Shown piece after piece: positions 45,937 to 54,647 of a stretch of DNA of 64,000 nucleotides (position 1 is the first letter of the stretch; the number at the start of each line of letters is the position of its first letter). The translations under genes were made by a program, and so were the position numbers. The stretch is taken from assembly GCA_003151625.1 (NCBI GenBank), contig PLYC01000021.1, forward strand, positions 16,235 through 80,234, read 5' to 3'. The notes beneath the pieces were generated by a model. The model searched no databases. It was not told where the DNA came from and worked only from the letters and a program-made list of their open reading frames with translations. This DNA is from Candidatus Doudnabacteria bacterium (lineage in GTDB: Bacteria; Patescibacteriota; Doudnabacteria; UBA920).

Positions 45937-46767
45937 TCAATTAGAAATTTCTTGGTAGAGTTTTGTTATCGCTTGCGCTTTCCCATCAGCTGATGTTTCT
46001 ACCAGCACACCATTGATTTGCAACATCCCGTCTTCTTCCACCTCATTTTTAAACTTCCCTTCCGGATGCAAAAACTTTTCTAAGACAGCTTCTTTTTTTA
46101 CTCCTATTACCCCGTTTAGCGCGCCGGTCATCCCTACGTCTGTAATGTGGGCGGTGCCGTTTGACAATACGCGGGCGTCCGCGGTCGGCACATGGGTATG
46201 GGTTCCTAAGACCGCCGTTACGCGGCCGTCCGTGTAATATCCGAACGCTACTTTCTCCGAGGTGGCCTCCGCGTGCAAATCCACTATTATTATATCACCT
46301 TTTTGTCCTTCCTGCGCCAAGAGCTTATCAAATGCCAAAAACGGGTTTGCAATTCCGCCATTAAACTGATTTTCCATAAACACCTGGCCGTTTAGGTTGA
46401 TAACCAGGAATTGTTGGCTATTTTTGGCAAAACGATAATACCCGTGCCCAGGTACAGGTTGTTTTTGTTTGGCCTTATCGAGCAAAAATTCGTAGTTTGC
46501 CGGTCTTATCAGCTTATCGTATTTTTCAAAACACGTTGCCGCATCTTTGTTAAAAATATGGTTACCCGATGTATAGCAGTCTATATCCAATTCATCCAAC
46601 TCCCCCAAAGTTGATGGCGTCACCCCTTTTCCATGCGCCAAGTTTTCCACATTTACAATTACAACATCAGGATTATATTTTTCTCTCCACTGGGGCAAGA
46701 CCTCACGGAGTATTTTCCGCCCGCCTTTACCTACAATGTCGCCAATGAATAAAATTTTATGCTGCAT
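45937..46767 (-). CDS. ymdB: YmdB family metallophosphoesterase
   Basis: GDIVG, NVEN, SGNH, HAEATSEK, GTHTH, DVGMTG; follows rny. Confidence 0.95.
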   Translation of the reverse strand: MQHKILFIGDIVGKGGRKILREVLPQWREKYNPDVVIVNVENLAHGKGVTPSTLGELDELDIDCYTSGNHIFNKDAATCFEKYDKLIRPANYEFLLDKAKQKQPVPGHGYYRFAKNSQQFLVINLNGQVFMENQFNGGIANPFLAFDKLLAQEGQKGDIIIVDLHAEATSEKVAFGYYTDGRVTAVLGTHTHVPTADARVLSNGTAHITDVGMTGALNGVIGVKKEAVLEKFLHPEGKFKNEVEEDGMLQINGVLVETSADGKAQAITKLYQEISN

Positions 46768-46859
46768 AAAATTTTAAGAATCAAGATCCAAGAACACAAG
46801 AACCAAACCCGTATTGCGGTCTTTGAATCTGGCATCTTGGTTCTTGGATTTTATTACTA

Positions 46860-48401
46860 TTATCTTGCGTACTCAATAACCCTGGTCTCCCTAATTACAT
46901 GCACTTTAATTTCACCCGGGAATTTTAATTCCTGTTCCAAGCGATTGGCAATGTCCCTGGCCAATCTTTGACAGCCAAGGTCATCGAGTTTCGATGGAGT
47001 GACAAACACGCGAATTTCGCGGCCGCCCTGAATGGCGTAGGTTTTTTCCACGCCTTCGTAAGAGTTGGCAATATTTTCCAAATCCGTTAAACGCTTAATA
47101 TAATTTTCCAAAGAATCTTTACGTGCGCCTGGGCGGGCGCCGGAGATGTTGTCGCAGGCATCCACAATTATGGCTTCCACACTCTGCGCCGCTTCGGCTT
47201 TGCCGGTCACATCGGTATCGGCATGATGGCTGGCAATAGCTTCTATTACTCTGGCATCCAAATTAAACTTTTCGGCAACTTTCTTGCCAAGCTCCACATG
47301 GCTGCCTTCCAAGTCCTGGTCCAACGCTTTGCCAATATCGTGTAACAGCGCGCCCTGTTTGGTAATTTGCACATCCGCGCCCAGTTCCTCGGCCATTAAC
47401 GCACCAATTTTGGCCATTTCAATGGAGTGACGAAGAATATTCTGGCCGTAAGAGGTTCTAAACAAAAGTCTGCCAATTAAATGTACCAACTTTGGCGGAA
47501 AACTGGTAATTCCCAAATCGTAAACCGCCTGCTGGCCAGCTTCTTTAATTTGGTCGTTAATTTCCGCTTTGCTTTTTTCGTAAGCCTCTTCTATTCTGGC
47601 CGGATGAATACGCCCGTCGGCAACCAATTTTTCCAAAGTCAGCTTGGCAATATGCCTGCGGATGGAGTTAAAGCCGGAAATGACCACGGTATCCGGGCTG
47701 TCGTCAATTAAAATTTCCACACCCATCATCTGCTCAAAGGCGCGGATGTTGCGGCCTTCTTTGCCGATAATTCTGCCTTTCATTTCTTCGCTGGGAATTT
47801 GTACCGTAGTGGTGGTAACTTCGGCGGTGACTTCGCTGGCCACGCGCTCTATGGCTTGAGCCACAATATTGCGGCCTTCCCGTTCGGCGTCTTCGTGGGT
47901 TTGAGCTAAAAGCTTTCTGTATAATTCCAGCATTTCCACTTTGACGGTTTTTTCCGCGTTATCAAGCAGTACTTTAGCCGCTTGCTCACGCGTCATACCG
48001 GCGATTTTTTCCAAATTTTCTAGCTGTTTTACTTTAAGCTCCTTAATTTCCTCCTGAATCTGCTTTATTTGTTCGGCTTTCTGCTCCAATTCAGTTTTTT
48101 GCCTGTCTAAGCTGGAAGATTTTACGTCCAGTTCTTTTTCCTTACGATCTATTCTCTCCTCAAACCTGACAATTTGGGAACGGAATTCGCTCTCCTGTTT
48201 TTTGGCCTGGTCAATAATTTCCAAAGAGCGGGTTTTGGCCTCCAGTAAAAGTTCCCTTTCCCGGACCTTGGCTTCTTCTAAAATTTTCTCGGCGCGCGCT
48301 TCGGCACTGCCAACTTTTTTGGAAACCAAGCTTTGGCGAATTAAATAACCAACGCCAAGGCCAACCAAAGCGGCAACCAAACCCACTATAAATAACATCA
48401 T
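46860..48401 (-). CDS. rny: Ribonuclease Y
   Basis: TM anchor, coiled coil, KH (KGRIIGKEGRNI), HD (LLHDIGK). Confidence 0.97.
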   Translation of the reverse strand: MMLFIVGLVAALVGLGVGYLIRQSLVSKKVGSAEARAEKILEEAKVRERELLLEAKTRSLEIIDQAKKQESEFRSQIVRFEERIDRKEKELDVKSSSLDRQKTELEQKAEQIKQIQEEIKELKVKQLENLEKIAGMTREQAAKVLLDNAEKTVKVEMLELYRKLLAQTHEDAEREGRNIVAQAIERVASEVTAEVTTTTVQIPSEEMKGRIIGKEGRNIRAFEQMMGVEILIDDSPDTVVISGFNSIRRHIAKLTLEKLVADGRIHPARIEEAYEKSKAEINDQIKEAGQQAVYDLGITSFPPKLVHLIGRLLFRTSYGQNILRHSIEMAKIGALMAEELGADVQITKQGALLHDIGKALDQDLEGSHVELGKKVAEKFNLDARVIEAIASHHADTDVTGKAEAAQSVEAIIVDACDNISGARPGARKDSLENYIKRLTDLENIANSYEGVEKTYAIQGGREIRVFVTPSKLDDLGCQRLARDIANRLEQELKFPGEIKVHVIRETRVIEYAR

Positions 48402-48409
48402 AAAAATAG

Positions 48410-48684
48410 CCTTACATCGCAAAGTAAAGTTATTTAGGCTACGCAAAAATTTGCTAATTTAAAACGTAAATTAGCGGGTTATCTTTTTTGTAAGTTCACT
48501 TTTTACAAACCGTTTGTGAAAAGTGGCACCCAGTACCGGCAAACTAACGACTGGTACCGAGGTGAAAAAAATTGGCTTAGAAAAAGACCGGATTTGCATA
48601 AAGAGCCTAAACTGCAACTACTATGCGGAAAATTATCAATACTTTCAACACCCAAACATTACCATATTTTGCCAAACCTGTCAA
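48410..48684 (-). ncRNA. Promoter plus candidate structured leader or ncRNA upstream of rny
   Basis: TTGACA-N17-TAATGT, then ~250 nt with several stems. Confidence 0.35.
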
Positions 48685-48731
48685 AATCCCCCGGAAAAAA
48701 AATTGGGCGCCCAATGTGCTATTATTAAATA

Positions 48732-50039
48732 ATGATTGGTGATTTAACCTTCACTCAAAATTCCCAAAAAACCCCCGCCGGAGGCAAACTCGCCTTTTGC
48801 CGGAAATACGACATTTGGCTAATTATGCTTTTGGCTTTTTTTGTCAGAATAATTGGCTATAAATGGATGGGCTATACAAATTTTCCGGAATTTTACCGCG
48901 ACTACTATATGGTCAGTGGCATAGCCCACGGCACCCAGGCAGTCTTGCTGGGTCCGCCCTCTATGCTTCATGGATTTCATTTTGGTCCGTTTTATTATTA
49001 TTCCATGCTGCCATTTTTTTTGTTGTTTGGCGGCCACCCTTTTGGCTTAATCTTTACCGGAATTGTGTTCTCTGTTTTAACCGTCTACGTTTTTTTTAAA
49101 ATTTTGCTGCTTTGGTCTAACAACCGCGGCCTGGCATTAGCCGGCGCGCTATTTACGGCGCTGTCGGTTTACAGCCTGCATTTGGCCTCATATACCTCCA
49201 ATCCGAACTTTTTACCGCTGTTTGTGCTGTGGTACTTTTATTATTTAACAAAAATTTTAGGCGGAGCCAAAAATAAAGATTATATATTATTAGGGTTGGC
49301 TTTTGGACTTGCCACCCAACTCCATGCCACGGCCATGATTGTACTCCCGCTAGTTACCATAACCACTCTAATTATAAACAAATATCGTCCACGGATAAAA
49401 ACCGTCGCAATTTTTTTGGCCACAGTCGTCCTTACCTATCTACCATACTTATTTTATGAGTGTACCCATCGTTTCACGAATTTTAGCAGGCTGTTTATTT
49501 TAGGAACCAAGGAGTTGGGCGGCCGGCATTTAGGCGCGGGGCTTTACGCGATTTGGAATTTTTTTCAGGGAACCTTAACGCCGTTTAACTACTGGTACAG
49601 CTACAGCAACATCCAGCCAAATATTTTATACCTGGTCGTTGCCGCGGCGGCGCTTTTTGTCCTGTTTGACCTGCTGTACAAAATTTTTAAAAAGCAAAAA
49701 GGGGCGCAAACCAACGTTAAGATTTCCAAAGAAGGGCTGACCATAATTTTATCCTGGATATTTTTTACGTGCGCAGTTTTGCTTATGTTTGACCGCGGGG
49801 TACACGACCACTATATTATTATTCTCTGGCCGGTGCCCATGATAATTTTAGCCTACGCCGTTTTTTGGATGAAGGCCAGATTCAACATTTTTGCCTCCCT
49901 GATAATGTTGATTGTTGTTACCTCCCTGCTGCAAATTTATTCTTTTTACCAATTCGGCCGCACGCCCTGGTCGGCTTTTTGGCCGGAATACCAAAACCAC
50001 TACCAAAACCAGCCCGGAGTTTCGGAGATTGGTTCTTGA
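48732..50039 (+). CDS. GT-C (ArnT/PMT-like) membrane glycosyltransferase
   Basis: RDY...LLGP....GFHFGPFYYY, NPN, GLATQLH; multi-TM; start may be downstream. Confidence 0.85.
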   Translation: MIGDLTFTQNSQKTPAGGKLAFCRKYDIWLIMLLAFFVRIIGYKWMGYTNFPEFYRDYYMVSGIAHGTQAVLLGPPSMLHGFHFGPFYYYSMLPFFLLFGGHPFGLIFTGIVFSVLTVYVFFKILLLWSNNRGLALAGALFTALSVYSLHLASYTSNPNFLPLFVLWYFYYLTKILGGAKNKDYILLGLAFGLATQLHATAMIVLPLVTITTLIINKYRPRIKTVAIFLATVVLTYLPYLFYECTHRFTNFSRLFILGTKELGGRHLGAGLYAIWNFFQGTLTPFNYWYSYSNIQPNILYLVVAAAALFVLFDLLYKIFKKQKGAQTNVKISKEGLTIILSWIFFTCAVLLMFDRGVHDHYIIILWPVPMIILAYAVFWMKARFNIFASLIMLIVVTSLLQIYSFYQFGRTPWSAFWPEYQNHYQNQPGVSEIGS

Positions 50040-50069
50040 TAACATCCAGTTTTTCTATATAATAGCAAT

Positions 50070-50561
50070 ATGGCTAAACTAAAGTTCAAAAATTTAGGGA
50101 TCAAAATTAAGGGCTTCCCCAATAAACCCGACAAAAATATTCTGGAAAGCTTTCCCAACCGGCACCCTGAACAGTTATACTTGGTGTCTTTGGTGTGTTT
50201 GGAGTTTACCGCCATCTGCCCCATTACCGACCAGCCCGATTTCGGCAAATTTGAAATTGTTTACGTTCCCGGCAAAAAAATGGTTGAGTCAAAGTCTTTA
50301 AAACTTTATTTATTTTCCTTCCGCAATCACGGAGAATTCCACGAAGACGTTACGAATCGAATTTTTAAAGATTTATGGGGGCTTATGCAGCCAAAATTTA
50401 TGAGGATTTTGGGAGACTTTAACCTCCGTGGCGGGATTGCCATAAAACCATTGGTGCAAAAATTCGCCGCTGGCACAAAAAGCCCAGCCGAAAAATCAAT
50501 TTTACAAATGCTGCAAAGCTGGGATAGTTCAAAAAATAAAAACTCTTATGGACCAACTTAA
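50070..50561 (+). CDS. queF: preQ0 reductase (type I)
   Basis: EFTAICPITDQPDFG, VESKSLKLYL.SFRN.G.FHE, RGGI. Confidence 0.95.
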   Translation: MAKLKFKNLGIKIKGFPNKPDKNILESFPNRHPEQLYLVSLVCLEFTAICPITDQPDFGKFEIVYVPGKKMVESKSLKLYLFSFRNHGEFHEDVTNRIFKDLWGLMQPKFMRILGDFNLRGGIAIKPLVQKFAAGTKSPAEKSILQMLQSWDSSKNKNSYGPT

Positions 50562-51888
50562 TTACGGCCGCGCCTTAATGGGCGACAGTTTAGGATATCA
50601 TATTTTGTTTGCCCTGCTCGGTGTCGGCATTCCCCTGCTAATTTCCCTGTCTGAACTTATTGGGCTAATAAAAAAAGACAACCACTACTACACTATGGCT
50701 CGCCGCTGGAGCTTTGCCTTGGGAGTATTATTTGTGGTTGGGGCGGCCAGCGGCACCATAATTTCCATCCAACTTAACGCCTTGTGGCCAAGCTTTATGA
50801 CGCTGGCCGGCAAAATCATTGGTCTGCCGTTTTTTTTGGAAGGCTTTGCCTTTTTTATAGAAACAATTTTTCTGGGAATTTACTTGTACTCCTGGGACAG
50901 ATTTTCCAACAAATGGACACACTGGCTGTGTAGTTTGCCAATTGTTTTGGCTTCCGCCACTTCCGCGTTTTTTATTACCACGGCCAATGCCTGGATGAAC
51001 AACCCGGCGGGATTTAGCTACAGCAACGGAGTTGTCTCGGGCATCAACCCCATAAAAGCCATGTTTAACGCGGCCACGCCAACCGAGACTTCCCACTCCA
51101 TTTTTGCCTACTACTTAACCACGGTTTTGGCTTTTGCCGGTTTATACGCCATTTTTTTATGGCGGGAAAAACTCGATATTCAGCAAAAAATATATTACAA
51201 AAAAGTCATCGGCATGGCCATGGCTTTAGGGTTAATTTTTGCCTGCGCTACAGCTTTGACCGGAGACTTCTCCGGCAAATATCTGGCTAAATATGAACCG
51301 CTAAAACTGGCCGCGGCCGAAGGCTTGCAACAAAGCGGGAGCGATGCGGATTTGTCTGTGGGAGGAATTTTCCACCGCGATGAAAATGAACCCGGCGAAA
51401 AGCTGGACGGCGCGCTGCGGTTTCCCGGAATGCTAAGCTTTTTGGCCACCGGTAGTATTCACGGTTTTGTCCGGGGCTTAAATTCCTTTGACCCAAATAC
51501 CTGGCCGCCGTTATGGATTCACTATATGTTCGACTTCATGGTTTTTATCGGTATATTTTTAACTACGGTACCCTTAATATTTTTATTACTGCTCTGGAAA
51601 AAACGACAATGGGCGTTCAATAAATTTTTATTGCTTTTAACAATTGTCGCGGGGATTTCCGGATTTTTTGCCGTTGAATTCGGCTGGATATTAACCGAAG
51701 TCGGCCGCCAGCCTTATGCCATCCGCGGCATAATGACAACAACCCAGGCTTTTACCACCAACCCTGACGTCGCCCGATGGGGATTTATTTTTCCGTTAAT
51801 GTACTTGGCCTTATTTATAATTACTCCTTGGATATTGCTCAGATATTACAAAAAAAATAAGCTGGATTTGAAAAAAAATTATTTTTAG
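50548..51888 (+). CDS. cydA: Cytochrome bd ubiquinol oxidase subunit I
   Basis: YHILF, EGFAFFIE, NAWMNNP, KLAAAEG, GWILTEVGRQP. Confidence 0.95.
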   Translation: MDQLNYGRALMGDSLGYHILFALLGVGIPLLISLSELIGLIKKDNHYYTMARRWSFALGVLFVVGAASGTIISIQLNALWPSFMTLAGKIIGLPFFLEGFAFFIETIFLGIYLYSWDRFSNKWTHWLCSLPIVLASATSAFFITTANAWMNNPAGFSYSNGVVSGINPIKAMFNAATPTETSHSIFAYYLTTVLAFAGLYAIFLWREKLDIQQKIYYKKVIGMAMALGLIFACATALTGDFSGKYLAKYEPLKLAAAEGLQQSGSDADLSVGGIFHRDENEPGEKLDGALRFPGMLSFLATGSIHGFVRGLNSFDPNTWPPLWIHYMFDFMVFIGIFLTTVPLIFLLLLWKKRQWAFNKFLLLLTIVAGISGFFAVEFGWILTEVGRQPYAIRGIMTTTQAFTTNPDVARWGFIFPLMYLALFIITPWILLRYYKKNKLDLKKNYF

Positions 51889-51892
51889 TATT

Positions 51893-52816
51893 ATGCAGCC
51901 GTTTGCTCTAATTTTATCTTCCATCTTTTTATACTGCTATATTATTCTTTCGTCTATAGAATTCGGGGCGTCAGTTTTTAATATTTACCCCGAACTGCTC
52001 GGCGACCACTCTAAGTTAAATGAGTATCTAAGTCCGGTCTGGGAAACCACCAATGTTTTTTTGGTATTTTTTATAGTTGGAATTTTTACTTTTTTCCCCG
52101 GCTCTGTAATTTACTACGGCACCAATTTAATGCCGCTGCTGTTTACCGCGCTGGTTTTTGCCGTACTTCGCGTTGTTTGTATGCTGCTAGTTTTTTACGG
52201 CGAAATCCAGAACCAATACATTAATCTGCTTTTTGTTATTTCCCGCTTTTTCTTTCCTTTAATCCTTTGCGGTTTTTACTTTTATTGTCTAACGGGACAG
52301 CTTGCTATAATCCCGGAAAGTTTTTTGGGCTTGGCTTTATGGTTGTTTGCCATAGCCGTAATTTTGCTTATTTCCGCGACATTTTTTCAATATTATTCTG
52401 GCGTCAATCTAAAAAAATATATTGAAAAACTGGCCATTTTATTTACTTTGGCGCTGGCTGTTTTAATTACCGCCTTAGCCAACAGCGCACCTTACTTGTT
52501 TGCCAATGGCTACCAAAATTTATTAGCAGGATTAGTCTTACTAATAAGCGCGGCGGGGTTTATTTGGATTTTTTACAAACAAAAATTTCTACATTTATTT
52601 TTGTCCGTTTGCAGTATTATTGGGACAATCTTTTTTAGCTTAATTAGCCTCCATTTGCCTTACTTAATCTATCCAAATGTAACGGTTTACAGCGCTTTCA
52701 CCGATCCGGCCGTTTTTAAAATTATGATGTGGTGCCTGCCGTTCGGGTTAATTGTTGTTGCCCCGGCATTATTTTTGCTGTATTCCCTGTTTGGTTCTAA
52801 ACAATCCCATAACTGA
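51893..52816 (+). CDS. cydB: Cytochrome bd oxidase subunit II
   Basis: IEFGA, PVWETTNVFLV, FFP; follows cydA. Confidence 0.88.
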   Translation: MQPFALILSSIFLYCYIILSSIEFGASVFNIYPELLGDHSKLNEYLSPVWETTNVFLVFFIVGIFTFFPGSVIYYGTNLMPLLFTALVFAVLRVVCMLLVFYGEIQNQYINLLFVISRFFFPLILCGFYFYCLTGQLAIIPESFLGLALWLFAIAVILLISATFFQYYSGVNLKKYIEKLAILFTLALAVLITALANSAPYLFANGYQNLLAGLVLLISAAGFIWIFYKQKFLHLFLSVCSIIGTIFFSLISLHLPYLIYPNVTVYSAFTDPAVFKIMMWCLPFGLIVVAPALFLLYSLFGSKQSHN

Positions 52817-52827
52817 TTTTAAAAAAA

Positions 52828-54000
52828 ATGACAAAAAAAATTTTAGCCATAGAAACCAGTTGTGACGAAACAGCGGCGGCAGTTTTGGAATTGCGCGATA
52901 GCAAAACTTGGCCGAAAATAGCTTCGCTTTCTTCCGTGGTCAAATCCCAAATTTCCCTCCATAAATCTTTTGGCGGGGTGGTGCCGGAAGTTGCGGCGCG
53001 GGCGCACGTAAAAAATATTTTACCGGTCGTAAAAAAAGTCCTGTCAGACAGCAATTTAACAAAGACAAGTGAAATTCACGGCCGTGAATTTCACTTGTCT
53101 TTGCAAAAAATAGATTATATTGCGGTAACCGTAGGACCTGGTTTAATTCCCTCACTAATTGTGGGCGTGGAATTTGCCAAAGCGCTTTCACTGGCAACCG
53201 GCAAACCGATTATCCCTGTCAACCATATGTTGGGACACCTGTACTCGCCATTCGGAAAATTGGAAAATGAGGAAATTGAAAAATTATTTCCAATGATTTC
53301 ACTAATAGTTTCGGGTGGTCACACAATAATTGTGCTTATAAAAAATATTAAAGAATACAAAGTCCTGGGACAAACCGTGGACGATGCCGCGGGAGAAGCT
53401 TTTGATAAAGTCGCAAAACTCCTTGGCCTCCCCTATCCCGGAGGCCCCGAGGTCAGTAGGCTGGCCAAACTGTCTAAATCTTCCGCGATTGTGTTTCCGC
53501 GGCCAATGATAAACAGTAAAAATTATGATTTTTCTTTTTCCGGCCTAAAAACCGCGGTACTATATTATTTGCGCGACAACCCAAACGCGAAAAAAGAAGA
53601 CGTCTGTAAAGCTTTCCAGGAAGCCGCCGTAGACGTCCTGGCTACCAAAACCATGCGCGCCGCAAAAGAATATGGGGCAAAGTCAGTCAGCCTGTCCGGA
53701 GGCGTAGCCGCTAACGAACCCTTACGGAGCGCCTTAAATCTTTCCGCCAGAGGCGGATCCGCCTCCCTTCGAGGGTCTGAGGACCCCTCAGGGTCTCGAA
53801 CGACCGGCGGAAAATCTAAAATCTTAAACCCGTCTCGTTCGACGCGAGCCGAGGCGGATCTGAATTTTTTTGTTCCCCAAAAAAATTTATGCACTGACAA
53901 CGCCGAAATGATAGGCGTGGCCGCCTGCTTTATGCTGCACAACGGGTTTAAGCCAAAAAACTACAAGCAAATTAAGGCCGACCCGAACCTTGAACTTTAA
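52828..54000 (+). CDS. tsaD: tRNA N6-adenosine threonylcarbamoyltransferase (with three palindromic insertions)
   Basis: AIETSCDET, GGVVPEVAARAH, NHMLGH, SGGHT, DDAAGEAFDK, SFSGLK, TDNA. Confidence 0.97.
   Translation: MTKKILAIETSCDETAAAVLELRDSKTWPKIASLSSVVKSQISLHKSFGGVVPEVAARAHVKNILPVVKKVLSDSNLTKTSEIHGREFHLSLQKIDYIAVTVGPGLIPSLIVGVEFAKALSLATGKPIIPVNHMLGHLYSPFGKLENEEIEKLFPMISLIVSGGHTIIVLIKNIKEYKVLGQTVDDAAGEAFDKVAKLLGLPYPGGPEVSRLAKLSKSSAIVFPRPMINSKNYDFSFSGLKTAVLYYLRDNPNAKKEDVCKAFQEAAVDVLATKTMRAAKEYGAKSVSLSGGVAANEPLRSALNLSARGGSASLRGSEDPSGSRTTGGKSKILNPSRSTRAEADLNFFVPQKNLCTDNAEMIGVAACFMLHNGFKPKNYKQIKADPNLEL
53060..53103. repeat. Perfect 44-bp palindrome inside tsaD
   Basis: CAAAGACAAGTGAAATTCACGG|CCGTGAATTTCACTTGTCTTTG. 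Confidence 0.95.
53741..53814 (+). repeat. 74-bp nested palindromic element in tsaD
   Basis: Near-identical to the nusA copy, same reading frame. Confidence 0.92.
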
Positions 54001-54018
54001 AGCCCGATGGATTATAAT
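53990..54018 (+). promoter_or_regulatory. Sigma70 promoter of the NUDIX-valS leader
   Basis: TTGAAC-N17-TATAAT. Confidence 0.75.
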
Positions 54019-54031
54019 AAAGTCAAGCTTA

Positions 54032-54206
54032 TGTTCCGGCTGTCACCGGAACAGCGCGGGAAGAAATCGATGCTTGTAGTCTGCCGATTTATCGGCCATC
54101 AAAAGTAGAGCCCGCCGGGATTGCCCGTTATAGCGATCAAATTAAGTTAAATTCACGATGGTACCGCCCGCGAGGGCTTGTGAACACCACTTTTGTGGTG
54201 TTTTTA
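54032..54206 (+). ncRNA. T-box riboswitch (Val), ultrashort Stem I, with terminator
   Basis: TTCACGA-TGGTACC-GCCC-GCGA-GGGC-TTGTGAA antiterminator; AGTA and CCGTTA boxes; GTC in the Stem I loop; upstream of valS. Confidence 0.85.
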
Positions 54207-54221
54207 TTTAACAACAAACTT

Positions 54222-54647
54222 ATGGAAACCTATCAAACTCCAATATCTGTCAAAGCAATAATTTTCGAAGGCTCCAAGGTATGGTTAAGAAAAAACGAAA
54301 GAAACGAATGGGAACTGCCGGGAGGAAAACTGGAAAAACAAGAACAGCCGGAACAGACAGTTACCCGGGAAATTAAAGAGGAGCTAGATTCAGATATTGA
54401 AATAATTGAGATTATACAAGCCTATGTTTACCAAATAACAAAATCGGCAGATGAGCAATACGGAGTAATGGTTATAACATATCTGTGCAAATTATTATCT
54501 TTGGGCAAAAACTTTGAAACCCAAGGCGAAGCAGGAACTGCAGAATTCAAAAAAATTTCTATCAAAGATATTCCGGCTCTAAAGATGCCTTCGTTTTACA
54601 AAGATTCTATACAAAAAGCTTGGAACAAATTAAACAAAACATTATGA
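54222..54647 (+). CDS. NUDIX hydrolase
   Basis: WELPGGKLE..E.....VTREIKEE box. Confidence 0.92.
   Translation: METYQTPISVKAIIFEGSKVWLRKNERNEWELPGGKLEKQEQPEQTVTREIKEELDSDIEIIEIIQAYVYQITKSADEQYGVMVITYLCKLLSLGKNFETQGEAGTAEFKKISIKDIPALKMPSFYKDSIQKAWNKLNKTL

Noticed and set aside
48516-48732. Short + strand ORFs upstream of the glycosyltransferase
   Set aside because: They overlap the rny promoter and leader; no recognisable family
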